DNA of 51,496 bases from a virus (Duplodnaviria; Caudoviricetes), in the IMG/VR virus record IMGVR_UViG_3300021178_000015, positions 1-51,496 of that record; one strand, 5' to 3'. Of this stretch, positions 17,705 to 26,244 are shown one piece after another (position 1 is the first letter of the stretch; each line of letters begins with the position of its first letter). A model generated the notes under the pieces. It was not told where the DNA came from. It saw only the letters and a list, made by a program, of their open reading frames with translations, and did not search any database. Made by a program: the position numbers and the translations under genes.

Positions 17705-18376
17705 TTACAGGCCGTTGAAGTGCTTCTGAAGCCCGACGCGGAAGGTGGTGTCGTCAGGTAGGCCTTGCTGAGCCGGCGAGTTGTAGAGCTGCGCATAGGT
17801 GGACCAGCCCGCCGAAACGACATAGTCGATTTCCGCGCCCACGGCCATGACCGAGAGGCCATGACGTTGCACACCGCCAAAAATGAAAGCCGGCGTGGAC
17901 GCAGCCAAAAAGTTAGCGGACACCAAGTTGAGAAAGGGATTTTGGGACGCCGCCGGGGCCTGAGTTGCCGACGACGGGAAGAAGTTGTAGCCGAGCTTGA
18001 CAAACTCGGTTCCGACGAAGTTACCGCCGGCCGGCTTCACGCCCGCGGGCGAAAACTCATAGCCCCCGGTCAATTCGATACCGGCGAGCCACTGGCCGGT
18101 CCAAAGCTGGTAGCCGCCGCCGGCAAAGATATCGAGCCCGTCTGAAAACGCACTGTTGACGCCGTTCGCAAGAATGTTCGGAGTGCCGACGTTGTTCTGA
18201 GCCCCCATGCCGAAGCTCGCGAACCAGCCGGAACAATTGCCGGCGGACTGGCACGGCTGTACGGCGGGAACGGCCGGGGCCTTGACGAAGGTCGCGTGCG
18301 TCTGCAAATCGGCAGCAACAGCGGAAGATGCCAGCGCAGCAAGCGCGACGCCGGCAAGAAGTGCAGATTTGAACAT
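17705..18376 (-). CDS. Outer-membrane beta-barrel protein, Rhizobiales Omp25/RopB-like
   Basis: Signal peptide then AADL...VKAP...CSGWF...GGGYQLW...WLAGIE...FRVGLQKHF, the typical layout of Rhizobiales outer-membrane immunogenic proteins. Confidence 0.75.
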   Translation of the reverse strand: MFKSALLAGVALAALASSAVAADLQTHATFVKAPAVPAVQPCQSAGNCSGWFASFGMGAQNNVGTPNILANGVNSAFSDGLDIFAGGGYQLWTGQWLAGIELTGGYEFSPAGVKPAGGNFVGTEFVKLGYNFFPSSATQAPAASQNPFLNLVSANFLAASTPAFIFGGVQRHGLSVMAVGAEIDYVVSAGWSTYAQLYNSPAQQGLPDDTTFRVGLQKHFNGL

Positions 18377-18415
18377 GTTTCTGGCTCCTATTTGGTTCGT
18401 GTGAACCGTACAGGG

Positions 18416-18589
18416 CTAGTAAAAGTCCCGCACGGGCTTGTTTTTCGGCGGGTTCTTTGCGTCCATCAATTCAGCCTTGGCGCTATGAAGACGCGCTTTA
18501 GCCGAGTGCTCCGCCGCTAACTTGCGGTGGTCGGTGGCAGACGGACCCTTGGACTTGCCGCCACCTTTACTAGCTGGTTTCTTTGCCAT
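18416..18589 (-). CDS. Small basic protein (57 aa, MAKKPASKGGGK...)
   Basis: Translated by hand; TAAGGA RBS. Confidence 0.6.
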   Translation of the reverse strand: MAKKPASKGGGKSKGPSATDHRKLAAEHSAKARLHSAKAELMDAKNPPKNKPVRDFY

Positions 18590-18633
18590 GATTAAGTCCT
18601 TAATTTAGAATGTTAGCGAGTGTGGCCGTACGG

Positions 18634-19191
18634 CTACACTCGGATGCGCCAGCCGTCGCCCGTGAACATGCCTTTCGAGCTGTCTTTGCCGTCCCTGACG
18701 TTTTCCGTGTACTTACCGTTCAAGTCTTTGTTGCGCGGGTCCATGCCGGCGTACAGGCTGCGCAGCGCGCCGCGGTGACGCTTGCGGATATGTTCGCCGA
18801 TCTTCTTGTGACGGGCCATGAGCACGGGGCGGTAGGCCTTGCCCATCTTGTCGGTGCCGGCCACAAGGTCTTGGAACAGCTCCACCATTTCAGGCGCCGT
18901 GATGCGCTTCCAGCCCTTGTTATGCGCATCGGCGATCTCCTGGGGGATCTCGTTGATGATGCGAAACTCGTACTCCGGATACTTGTCACGGTCCGGAATG
19001 AACAGCTTCAGCGGCCGGTCAAGCACGAGCTGCGCAATGATGGCGTCCACGTCCTGCGCTTCGATGAATGGCGACTTCGGCGTGGCATCGCCGGCCTCAG
19101 GAGCTTCCGGAATGAAGCTTGGCGGGTTCGGACGCAGGTTTTCCGGAAGCCCCGCGCCGGGGAACGGGCTCGCTGATTGAAACGGGTCCAT
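18634..19191 (-). CDS. Head-module hypothetical protein
   Basis: YEFRIINE...KGW...VLMAR pattern of the gene that follows scaffold genes in GroES-encoding podoviruses. Confidence 0.65.
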   Translation of the reverse strand: MDPFQSASPFPGAGLPENLRPNPPSFIPEAPEAGDATPKSPFIEAQDVDAIIAQLVLDRPLKLFIPDRDKYPEYEFRIINEIPQEIADAHNKGWKRITAPEMVELFQDLVAGTDKMGKAYRPVLMARHKKIGEHIRKRHRGALRSLYAGMDPRNKDLNGKYTENVRDGKDSSKGMFTGDGWRIRV

Positions 19192-19194
19192 GGC

Positions 19195-19872
19195 CTACTT
19201 CTTTCCTTTGTTGTTCTGATGCATGCGGTACTGGCTTGCGAGCGCATCGGTGATGAATTTTTCGCGAACCTCCTTCGCGGCACCTTCCGGTACGAACCGA
19301 TCGGCGGAGCGCTTGACGTCCTTTTGAATATCGGCCGGCGCGTCTGCCAGCTTCGTCCACGGACCAGACCTTGCGCGGGCGGCGGTACCCCGGCTCAAGT
19401 CCCCGTCTTTGGGGCCGTCCGTAGCGCGCTGCTTGCCAGCCGCGGCCTTGGCTTCCGCCGCTTCAGCTTCGGCAGTCTCACGGGCTTCGCGATCTTCGTC
19501 GGTTTCGTTTTCCGGCGGCGCCGTGGTGGTCGTACCGCTGGGCTTAAATTCTTCGTCCACCGCCTTAATGACGGCATCGGCCATCGCTTCGGCGCTGGCG
19601 AACTTCTTGGGGTTCATGGTCTTGGCAAATTCGTTTGCCTTGGCCGACTTCTTGGGGTCTACGCCCAGCCATGGCGCTTTCGCTTCCGCGGCCAGCCACA
19701 CGTCGTTGTTGGTGAAGGCCACGGCCGGTTTCGGCGCCGTGGCGACGTCAAGCTTCGCGATATCGTCGGCGATCTTGCGAGCGGTCGCGGCATCGCCGGC
19801 AGTCACAGCGGCATCAAGTTGTGACTGCAATCCGTTGCGCGCTTGATCGCGCATCATCATATTCAAGTCCAT
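19195..19872 (-). CDS. Putative capsid scaffolding protein
   Basis: Helical, charged 225 aa with PWLG motif; position after portal and GroES-like gene. Confidence 0.55.
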   Translation of the reverse strand: MDLNMMMRDQARNGLQSQLDAAVTAGDAATARKIADDIAKLDVATAPKPAVAFTNNDVWLAAEAKAPWLGVDPKKSAKANEFAKTMNPKKFASAEAMADAVIKAVDEEFKPSGTTTTAPPENETDEDREARETAEAEAAEAKAAAGKQRATDGPKDGDLSRGTAARARSGPWTKLADAPADIQKDVKRSADRFVPEGAAKEVREKFITDALASQYRMHQNNKGKK

Positions 19873-19884
19873 TTGGGCGGCTCC

Positions 19885-20400
19885 TTATTTTTTGTACACG
19901 ACGCGTTCACGGACGCCGGTATTGTCCGGCAGCGGTTTGTCAAATAGACGCGGGCGGCCCTCCGCCATTTCCTGCGCTTGCGTTTGCAGGTTGTCCAGAA
20001 CGCCCGCGTCCGTCCATTCGAGCGTGGACGCTTCCGGCATCGCCGATGCCGGAATGATCTTGATGACATCTTGGAAGGTGGACAGGTAGCGCCACCCGCT
20101 GATGCTGTTGAGGATACCTTTGCCAGCTTGGAACATGGTGCCGGCGCCCCAGCGTATCAGCACCCAATCGCCGATGTCGGCCCGCTGGCGTTTCAAGCCT
20201 TCGCCGTCTTTGTAGGTGAAGGCCATCGGACCCATGGCGCGGATGATGCCGGCCTGTACGCCGTGTTCGCCGAGTTGGCGCGCAAGATCGGGAATAAGAA
20301 TGCTGCCAACTTTTGACGGCGGGTACGGAATTTGTACGGCGATGATGTCGCGGCACGGTTCGCCCGCGTCGTGCGGAATGTCGAAACCATAGATGCTCAT
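19885..20400 (-). CDS. GroES-like co-chaperonin
   Basis: GSILIPD...GIIRAMGPMAF...IGDWVL...YLSTFQDVIKII Cpn10 pattern. Confidence 0.75.
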   Translation of the reverse strand: MSIYGFDIPHDAGEPCRDIIAVQIPYPPSKVGSILIPDLARQLGEHGVQAGIIRAMGPMAFTYKDGEGLKRQRADIGDWVLIRWGAGTMFQAGKGILNSISGWRYLSTFQDVIKIIPASAMPEASTLEWTDAGVLDNLQTQAQEMAEGRPRLFDKPLPDNTGVRERVVYKK

Positions 20401-20633
20401 GCCTTGTGCTCCTGTTTTAAGGCGTTTGAAAACTGCTTTGCGACTTCCTCCGGCGTACAGCCTAGAAGCTGCTCAATTTCACGAAGGCCCGCCGCTTTGC
20501 CCTGCGTCATGGGGTCCACTGGCCTGCCCGCTAGGAATTGGTGCACCGCCTCCCGCTGGCGCTGGCGGAGGAAGTTGACCAGCAATTTCGTTTCCGGGCT
20601 GGTTAACCATTCCGTCAATTGTAGAGCTAACAT
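20397..20633 (-). CDS. Hypothetical protein
   Basis: 78 aa with EWLTSPET motif between portal and GroES-like gene; overlaps the low-complexity portal tail. Confidence 0.55.
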   Translation of the reverse strand: MLALQLTEWLTSPETKLLVNFLRQRQREAVHQFLAGRPVDPMTQGKAAGLREIEQLLGCTPEEVAKQFSNALKQEHKA

Positions 20634-22416
20634 TGGCGCTTTCCTGCATCATTTGCTGTACGGCGTGTTCAAGCTGCGCCATCTGCAACAACCCTGCACG
20701 TTGGTCTTGCATGCCGCCGCTGGCTTGTACCATGTTAAGTACGGCTTGTGTCAACTGCTGTGCAACGGCGCCGATAACTTTGATATTTTCGTTGCGCTGC
20801 TTCAACACCCCAATCATGCCCTGCATCTTCTCGTGTGGAGTGGCCTGGGGCTGTGGCGGCTGCCCTAGCAGCTTTTCCGGATTGGGGAGCCGCAGGCACT
20901 TATACAGCCGCATGCGAACTTCGTCCCATTTCGTCATGGGGTCTTTCATCAACTCCATATAGATGCCGGCGAGCGCGCTGCGCTGCATTTCCGTCGCCAA
21001 CTGCGGGTCCGCGGTGACCGCCACGCCGTTGCCATCGGACGGCGAAACGCCGCTGGGCAGCATTTCGTATGCGTCGGCCATGATGACGAACATGCGAAAT
21101 TCCTGCGTAAGCATCGCCACAAGCCGACGATGTACGGCCGATTGTACTTGCCCTTGGCCATCGATGATGCCCTTGGCCATCGTCGCCGACATGGACGCCG
21201 GGGCGTTTTCCAAAAGGTTGAGCGTACCGGCCAAGCGATCGGCTAGCGTAATGATCTTGTCGAGTATCTGTACGGACGACGGCGAAACTTGTTTTATCGG
21301 GAACTGTGAAAACGTGTCGGATAGCGGACGGCCATCCGTGGGGATTACGTTAACGCGGTTGGTTTTAAGCTCGATTTTGTCGGGCAGCCCGAACGAACTA
21401 CCGCCCAGCACACCGCCATCGGATGCGGCGCTTTCCGCGGTGTCGATAATGGCAGCTAGCAGCCGGTCGGCGGAGCCTTCAACGCGGTTCAATAGCTTGC
21501 CGAAGCCCATCGGGAAGAAACCACCCTTAGGGTCCGGCAACAATCGGTACGGATAAAAGCGATGGATGGGATTGAAGAAAAGCTTTTCGTCGTCGTCGAC
21601 CACAGTTTTGCGCGACCAACGCGGCTTGATCTTGACGACTTCGGCCACGTCATCTTTCGAGATAACAACTGTCCAAGGTTCGTCTATACCGTCGCCGTCA
21701 AGATCAAGCCAACAATCGCACTCGGCAAAGTTCTTCGGTGCCTGGGGGTCTTTTTCGTCGAACACCGGTTTGTAATCAATCCAGCTATTGCGCTGGATGG
21801 CGCGCTGAATTTCGTACGGGTAGCGTTCAAATTCGTCCGTAATGCGCGGGGCGCGTTCCACCGACCGGACGTTTTTGTTGATCTTGACCCGCGTGCACGG
21901 CAGCCATTCGGTGGCGAAAGCTTTCTCCACTTCGTCAAAGCTGCGCTTGCGCCACGCGAGCCCGGTAGCTGCCATGTGCACAACTAGCGGGTCCGTGTCC
22001 AAAACCCAATTTTTGTCATTCGTACGGACTTGACTGGACACCCACGAAGCGAGCTTTTCGCCGCCTTCTTCGCTGGAACGGGCCAAGTCCGGTTCGCCTA
22101 GCAAAGCGTCCGTGGCTCGCGCGGAAAACTGGATGACTGCACCTAGCGTCAGCTCGGTAGCCGGCGGCGGTTCCTCCCCGGAGCCTTCTTGCTCGCGGTT
22201 CTGCGGTGTGGCGTTGCCGCTGTCTTCGCTGTCCAGCTTGTCAAGGTAGCCTTGGGCTTCGAGAAGCCATTCCGACATAGAGCTATCGTCAACGGCTATC
22301 AGCTCCAGAAGGTCGATTGCGAGAATGCGTCGGTCGTCTTCCGTCAACTTTTCGGCCACGTTGCCAAAGGTTTCGGGTTTCTTCAGGTCCAAATCTAAAG
22401 CTGTGATCTCGCGCAT
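20479..22416 (-). CDS. Portal protein
   Basis: 645 aa; WLDLDGDGIDEPWTVVI, GFFPMGFG, VAVTADP and a Gln-rich C-terminal coil, typical of podovirus portals. Confidence 0.85.
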   Translation of the reverse strand: MREITALDLDLKKPETFGNVAEKLTEDDRRILAIDLLELIAVDDSSMSEWLLEAQGYLDKLDSEDSGNATPQNREQEGSGEEPPPATELTLGAVIQFSARATDALLGEPDLARSSEEGGEKLASWVSSQVRTNDKNWVLDTDPLVVHMAATGLAWRKRSFDEVEKAFATEWLPCTRVKINKNVRSVERAPRITDEFERYPYEIQRAIQRNSWIDYKPVFDEKDPQAPKNFAECDCWLDLDGDGIDEPWTVVISKDDVAEVVKIKPRWSRKTVVDDDEKLFFNPIHRFYPYRLLPDPKGGFFPMGFGKLLNRVEGSADRLLAAIIDTAESAASDGGVLGGSSFGLPDKIELKTNRVNVIPTDGRPLSDTFSQFPIKQVSPSSVQILDKIITLADRLAGTLNLLENAPASMSATMAKGIIDGQGQVQSAVHRRLVAMLTQEFRMFVIMADAYEMLPSGVSPSDGNGVAVTADPQLATEMQRSALAGIYMELMKDPMTKWDEVRMRLYKCLRLPNPEKLLGQPPQPQATPHEKMQGMIGVLKQRNENIKVIGAVAQQLTQAVLNMVQASGGMQDQRAGLLQMAQLEHAVQQMMQESANVSSTIDGMVNQPGNEIAGQLPPPAPAGGGAPIPSGQASGPHDAGQSGGPS

Positions 22417-22425
22417 GGTGCCCCG

Positions 22426-22448
22426 TGTATGACAAAAGTTGTATGACA
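22426..22448. promoter_or_regulatory. Tandem TGTATGACA sites between divergent portal and capsid genes
   Basis: tgtatgaca at 22426 and 22440 (14-bp period). Confidence 0.6.
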
Positions 22449-22560
22449 GTCAAGGCCTTACCGTACACTAATTTGACGAAATCCGCAGCATCAGCTATTT
22501 TGTACCAATTCGCACGCGCCGGCCTGCAACGCCGGGGAACCATTGAAAGGGGTTATTCGC

Positions 22561-23493
22561 ATGCAGGTTATCGACAGGTCACTTCAATCGAGCCAGTATT
22601 GGCCGGGGTTGTTTGCGCTGTTCGGCATGGACTATGAACGGCTTTCGCCGATCTACAAGCAATTCTACGATCGCAAGCCGTCCGAAAAGGCGTTCGAAGA
22701 GTTCATGACGGAGCGTGCCGGCCTGGGCCTCGCCGTACAGCAGCCGGAACTAGAGCCGGTGCAGTTCGACGTTCCGAACGAAGGTTACCGCACCCAGGTC
22801 ACCCACGCGTCGTACGGGCTCGCCGTGGCGATTTCGCGCGAAGCCAAAGACGACAACCTATACGAAGACGTCGGCGGCCGGATGATGAAAGAGCTGGCGT
22901 TCTCGGCGCGGCAGACCGAAGAGTACATTGCGCATGCTCCGCTGCAAGTTGCGTTCGATGCCGTCAACGGTCTGCGTGCGGACGGCGTGCCGGTTTGCTC
23001 GCCTTCGCATCCGACCGCGGTCGGCCTCCAGTCCAATCAGCTCATTTCCGCCAACGCGTCGGAATTGGCTTTCGAGAACGCGGTTATCCAGATCGCGTAC
23101 ACCCGCAACGGCCGCGGCTTCGTCGTCAACGTGCTACCCAAGCGCGTCATCACGTCAACCGAGAACGGGCCAGAAATCCGGCGCATCCTGGGTTCGCCTT
23201 TGCAGTGGAATGCACAGACGAACAATATCAACGTGCTGCGTTCGACCGGCGCGCTTCCGGAAATCGTCGAGACGCCCTACTTGGTCGATAAGGACAACTA
23301 TTTCGTCCAGACTTCTGAGCAGGACAAAGACAACGGGCAGGGCTTCACCTTCTGGGAACGTTCCTCGCTCGAAACTCGCGAAGACAGCAATTGGAGCAAT
23401 CAGGCATCCCTGATCGCGATTTGGTTCCGCTGTGCCGCGTCTGTGGTCGATTTCCGAACCGTGTACGGTTCGGCCGGTTCCGACAACCTGTAA
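22561..23493 (+). CDS. Major capsid protein
   Basis: PGLFALFGMDY...SEKAFEE...YGLAVAISREAKDDNLY...ADGVPVCSPSHP...YGSAG pattern of the gpT/HTVC010P-type capsid. Confidence 0.9.
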   Translation: MQVIDRSLQSSQYWPGLFALFGMDYERLSPIYKQFYDRKPSEKAFEEFMTERAGLGLAVQQPELEPVQFDVPNEGYRTQVTHASYGLAVAISREAKDDNLYEDVGGRMMKELAFSARQTEEYIAHAPLQVAFDAVNGLRADGVPVCSPSHPTAVGLQSNQLISANASELAFENAVIQIAYTRNGRGFVVNVLPKRVITSTENGPEIRRILGSPLQWNAQTNNINVLRSTGALPEIVETPYLVDKDNYFVQTSEQDKDNGQGFTFWERSSLETREDSNWSNQASLIAIWFRCAASVVDFRTVYGSAGSDNL

Positions 23494-23496
23494 GGG

Positions 23497-23525
23497 TTGA
23501 CGCCCGCTTCGGAGTAGCGTACGTA
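23497..23525 (+). promoter_or_regulatory. Sigma70-type promoter for the downstream sRNA
   Basis: TTGACG-17 nt-TACGTA directly after the capsid stop codon. Confidence 0.55.
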
Positions 23526-23529
23526 TCGC

Positions 23530-23600
23530 GTGCCCTCCTTGGGCGTTTCCTCCCAGACTTACGGCCCCGGTACTGACAAGCCCCGGGGCCGTCTTTCTGT
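23530..23600 (+). ncRNA. mmgR: SuhB/MmgR (alpha-r8)-like small RNA
   Basis: CCCTCCTTGGGCGTTTCCTCCCAGACTT followed by a GC hairpin (23561-23570/23583-23592) and T-rich tail; matches the recalled Rhizobiales SuhB/MmgR architecture; no covariance search was run. Confidence 0.7.
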
Positions 23601-24500
23601 CTACGCGGCCTTCGCCATCGGCGGCAGCCAATCGGGCGGTGCCGGCAATTCTTCCCCAGGAGCCAAACGCGCGTTAGCCGGCCGGCGAAAGTCGATTACC
23701 GACAGCAACGCCCGCCCCGCCTCTTCTGCCTTCGGCCTGGGGCCTACCGAGCGCGCGGCCATGTCGATACGCGGCCAACCCAGGTCAAGCAACCGGCGGG
23801 CGTGGTCGCGAAACGCAGGGTAGTTGTGTACGAGCCACACAAAGCCAAGCGTTGCGTGTTCCGTTACCAACGCATTCGGCGGCGCCAGTGTGGCAATCAT
23901 TTCCAGCGCCGTCACAAGCTCGCCCGGCGGCACGGGGGTTGCTCGCTTGGCATAGCTTGCACTGCCGTGACCATACAGCGATTTCAGCGCGCCGACGCAA
24001 GCGAGCTTCGGCACGGAAAATTCGTCACGTTGATTGTTGGCGTCCACAACGGCCAAACCGGCATTCTGTACGAGCCGATTGAGCTGCACGGCACTTTCAT
24101 CGCCGGCTGCAACTTCCGCCATGAACAGCATGGTTTGCGGCACTTTCCGCATTTTGGTATTGCGCGAAAGAAAAATCTCGATTTCGCGCTTGCGGTCATG
24201 CACGTTGTAGATATCGCAGGGGACAAACAGACGCGCAGATGCCTTCGCGCCTTCCCAGCGGTGCCGCCCGTCCACGACAAACAGCGCACCGTTTTCGCGC
24301 CGTACGACCATGAGCCGGCCGAACAGTGTCAAGTCGAAAGTCTTACCGATTTCCTTCACTAGTCGTGGGTTGCGCGGCTTCATTGCTTGATACGTCGTAT
24401 CCACGTTCAACAGCCCGATCGGAACTTCGGTCGGTTCCGGTTTTTCTTCGATGACGACTATGGATTTCTGTTCCCAAGGGAACATCTTCGCGGTACTCAT
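23601..24500 (-). CDS. ParB/Srx-like nuclease-fold protein (DUF6551-like)
   Basis: LNVDTTYQ...FGRLMVVRR...VVDGRHRWEGA; own TTGACA promoter near 24569 and AAGGAG RBS. Confidence 0.7.
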   Translation of the reverse strand: MSTAKMFPWEQKSIVVIEEKPEPTEVPIGLLNVDTTYQAMKPRNPRLVKEIGKTFDLTLFGRLMVVRRENGALFVVDGRHRWEGAKASARLFVPCDIYNVHDRKREIEIFLSRNTKMRKVPQTMLFMAEVAAGDESAVQLNRLVQNAGLAVVDANNQRDEFSVPKLACVGALKSLYGHGSASYAKRATPVPPGELVTALEMIATLAPPNALVTEHATLGFVWLVHNYPAFRDHARRLLDLGWPRIDMAARSVGPRPKAEEAGRALLSVIDFRRPANARLAPGEELPAPPDWLPPMAKAA

Positions 24501-24649
24501 TTGTACGGCTCCTTTGCTAGCTGTGCCCCCTACGTGAGTACAAATACGGATGACGTGTGAATATGTCAATACCAAGCTTGACTTGCGGCGGCAAATCACC
24601 GCATGTGCGCACAACTGCACACTTCACAGTCAGGGCGGAGGGGCGCTAC

Positions 24650-24895
24650 ATGCAGGGGTACTGGTGGGCACGGACACCCGAAAATGCGCTATTTGTAGTC
24701 ATGGTTGTGGGTGAAAAAGGCTATGTTCCCGGGGTGGAAGGTGCTATAGATTTGAGCGACTTTTTCATGATCGAGCCCGTCCCATGGCCGCGACCCGCAA
24801 CCCAAAGCCAAAATTCGGTTCTGCCGTCACCTGGGGCGCGTGTTCTCGTTGCAACGCCCGGGTCAAATATTCTACCCTTTGTCGCGAGAGGCTGA
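24650..24895 (+). CDS. Hypothetical protein (MQGYWWAR...)
   Basis: GGAGG RBS; overlaps the next gene. Confidence 0.5.
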   Translation: MQGYWWARTPENALFVVMVVGEKGYVPGVEGAIDLSDFFMIEPVPWPRPATQSQNSVLPSPGARVLVATPGSNILPFVARG

Positions 24896-25392
24896 CCGGC
24901 CTTCTGGTTTGCGGGCCCGCCAGCGGCCGGCCGGTGCGCTACTGTCTTGACCCTTGGCCTCCGGTATACGATTTCCAAGCCTTTCCCGACAAGTCAATCG
25001 AGCCGCCGGCAGAACCGCTGCCGCTGCGCTACAACCTGGATGCTATCTGGGGCAACGGTCCGGTGTCCGGCAATACCAGCGACTTCGCCAACGCGCCCGC
25101 CGCGGCGCCGGACGACGCTACCCGATTGAACAACTTGCTTCGCATGGTGCCGTATTACGCGGCTGCCGGCAAGACCGCTGCGTTTATGCCACGCACGCAA
25201 GGTATCGACGTTGAAGTCGCAAAGGTGCTTTTCATCAATCCCGCGAATTACGACGGGACGTTTCTGCCGTCCAGTTCCGTACGGACGGTAACGCCGCCGA
25301 TCGAAAGTCCGTCCAGCGTTACGCAGACGGACAACGACGTGCCTTCGGATCAACTTTGGACGCCCCCATGGGCGGTAAATCAGGGCGTTTAA
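24784..25392 (+). CDS. Conserved head-tail-region protein with Cys cluster
   Basis: CSRC...GLLVC...CLDP motif typical of this phage group. Confidence 0.65.
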   Translation: MAATRNPKPKFGSAVTWGACSRCNARVKYSTLCRERLTGLLVCGPASGRPVRYCLDPWPPVYDFQAFPDKSIEPPAEPLPLRYNLDAIWGNGPVSGNTSDFANAPAAAPDDATRLNNLLRMVPYYAAAGKTAAFMPRTQGIDVEVAKVLFINPANYDGTFLPSSSVRTVTPPIESPSSVTQTDNDVPSDQLWTPPWAVNQGV

Positions 25393-25395
25393 ACG

Positions 25396-25557
25396 ATGCC
25401 TGTACCGCCTTCACCGGAGCTATCGTCTTTGTTGAAACAGTGGTGCGAGCTGCAACGTGTCCGGTACGGAGCGGACTGGAAAAGCAAGTTGGCGGCCGAA
25501 ATGGCTGCGCAGTCGGCACCCATGCTTGAAGCATTTTTGAGGATCGTTAACAAATGA
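25396..25557 (+). CDS. Small hypothetical protein (53 aa)
   Basis: Translated by hand; fills the gap and is ATGA-coupled to the next gene. Confidence 0.5.
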   Translation: MPVPPSPELSSLLKQWCELQRVRYGADWKSKLAAEMAAQSAPMLEAFLRIVNK

Positions 25558-26243
25558 CCACAACCGCGCTAGCCCTCATTACCGAAGCCATGCGGCTATA
25601 CGGCATCATAGACGTCATGGAAAGCCCGACTCCGCAAGACGTGGCCAACGTGGTTATCACGCTCAACAACCTGTTGCGCAACGAACACGCGGACGGCGCA
25701 GCGCAGTATCTCATGGGCTTGCAAACCGTGACACTGCCGCCGGGCGTTCTGGGTAGTGTGTACAGCTTCAGCATCGGCACGGCGCAAAGCAGCTATCTTG
25801 TGCAGCAAGACGCCGTAGGTCTGAAATCGCTGTGGATGAATGACATTCAATTGACGGTCAACCGTGAGACGCGCCAAGCTCCGAAAGCCGATATTGTCCG
25901 TACGACCTACCCCGGCATCATCACGAAGTGGCATACCGAAAAACAGGTAGACGGTTCGATATTGGTCTATGCTTGGCAGCCTCCGCGCGCTGCATCGCAA
26001 GCTCTGCTTGAAATCGGCGGACGCATTCCGGCTCTGACGAACAGCGCCGGCACCGATATCGTCGCGCTGCCGCCGGAAGGCATCCACGATGCAACGCTGT
26101 TGCTGGGCTTGACCATATGCGGCTCGTACGGACGTCCGGTCGACAAGATCGATCCTGTACTGGCCGCGCGTGCAAAGTCCGTTGATGACAGATGGAAACA
26201 ATGGGCGCGGGGCCAGCAATGGTTGCGGCTTGTGAGAGCTTAG
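25554..26243 (+). CDS. Head-to-tail adaptor (P22 gp4-like)
   Basis: TTALALITEAMRLYGII...PTPQD...LNNLL N-terminus and LPPE...YG C-terminus; precedes the gp10-like gene. Confidence 0.7.
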   Translation: MTTTALALITEAMRLYGIIDVMESPTPQDVANVVITLNNLLRNEHADGAAQYLMGLQTVTLPPGVLGSVYSFSIGTAQSSYLVQQDAVGLKSLWMNDIQLTVNRETRQAPKADIVRTTYPGIITKWHTEKQVDGSILVYAWQPPRAASQALLEIGGRIPALTNSAGTDIVALPPEGIHDATLLLGLTICGSYGRPVDKIDPVLAARAKSVDDRWKQWARGQQWLRLVRA

Positions 26244-26244
26244 G

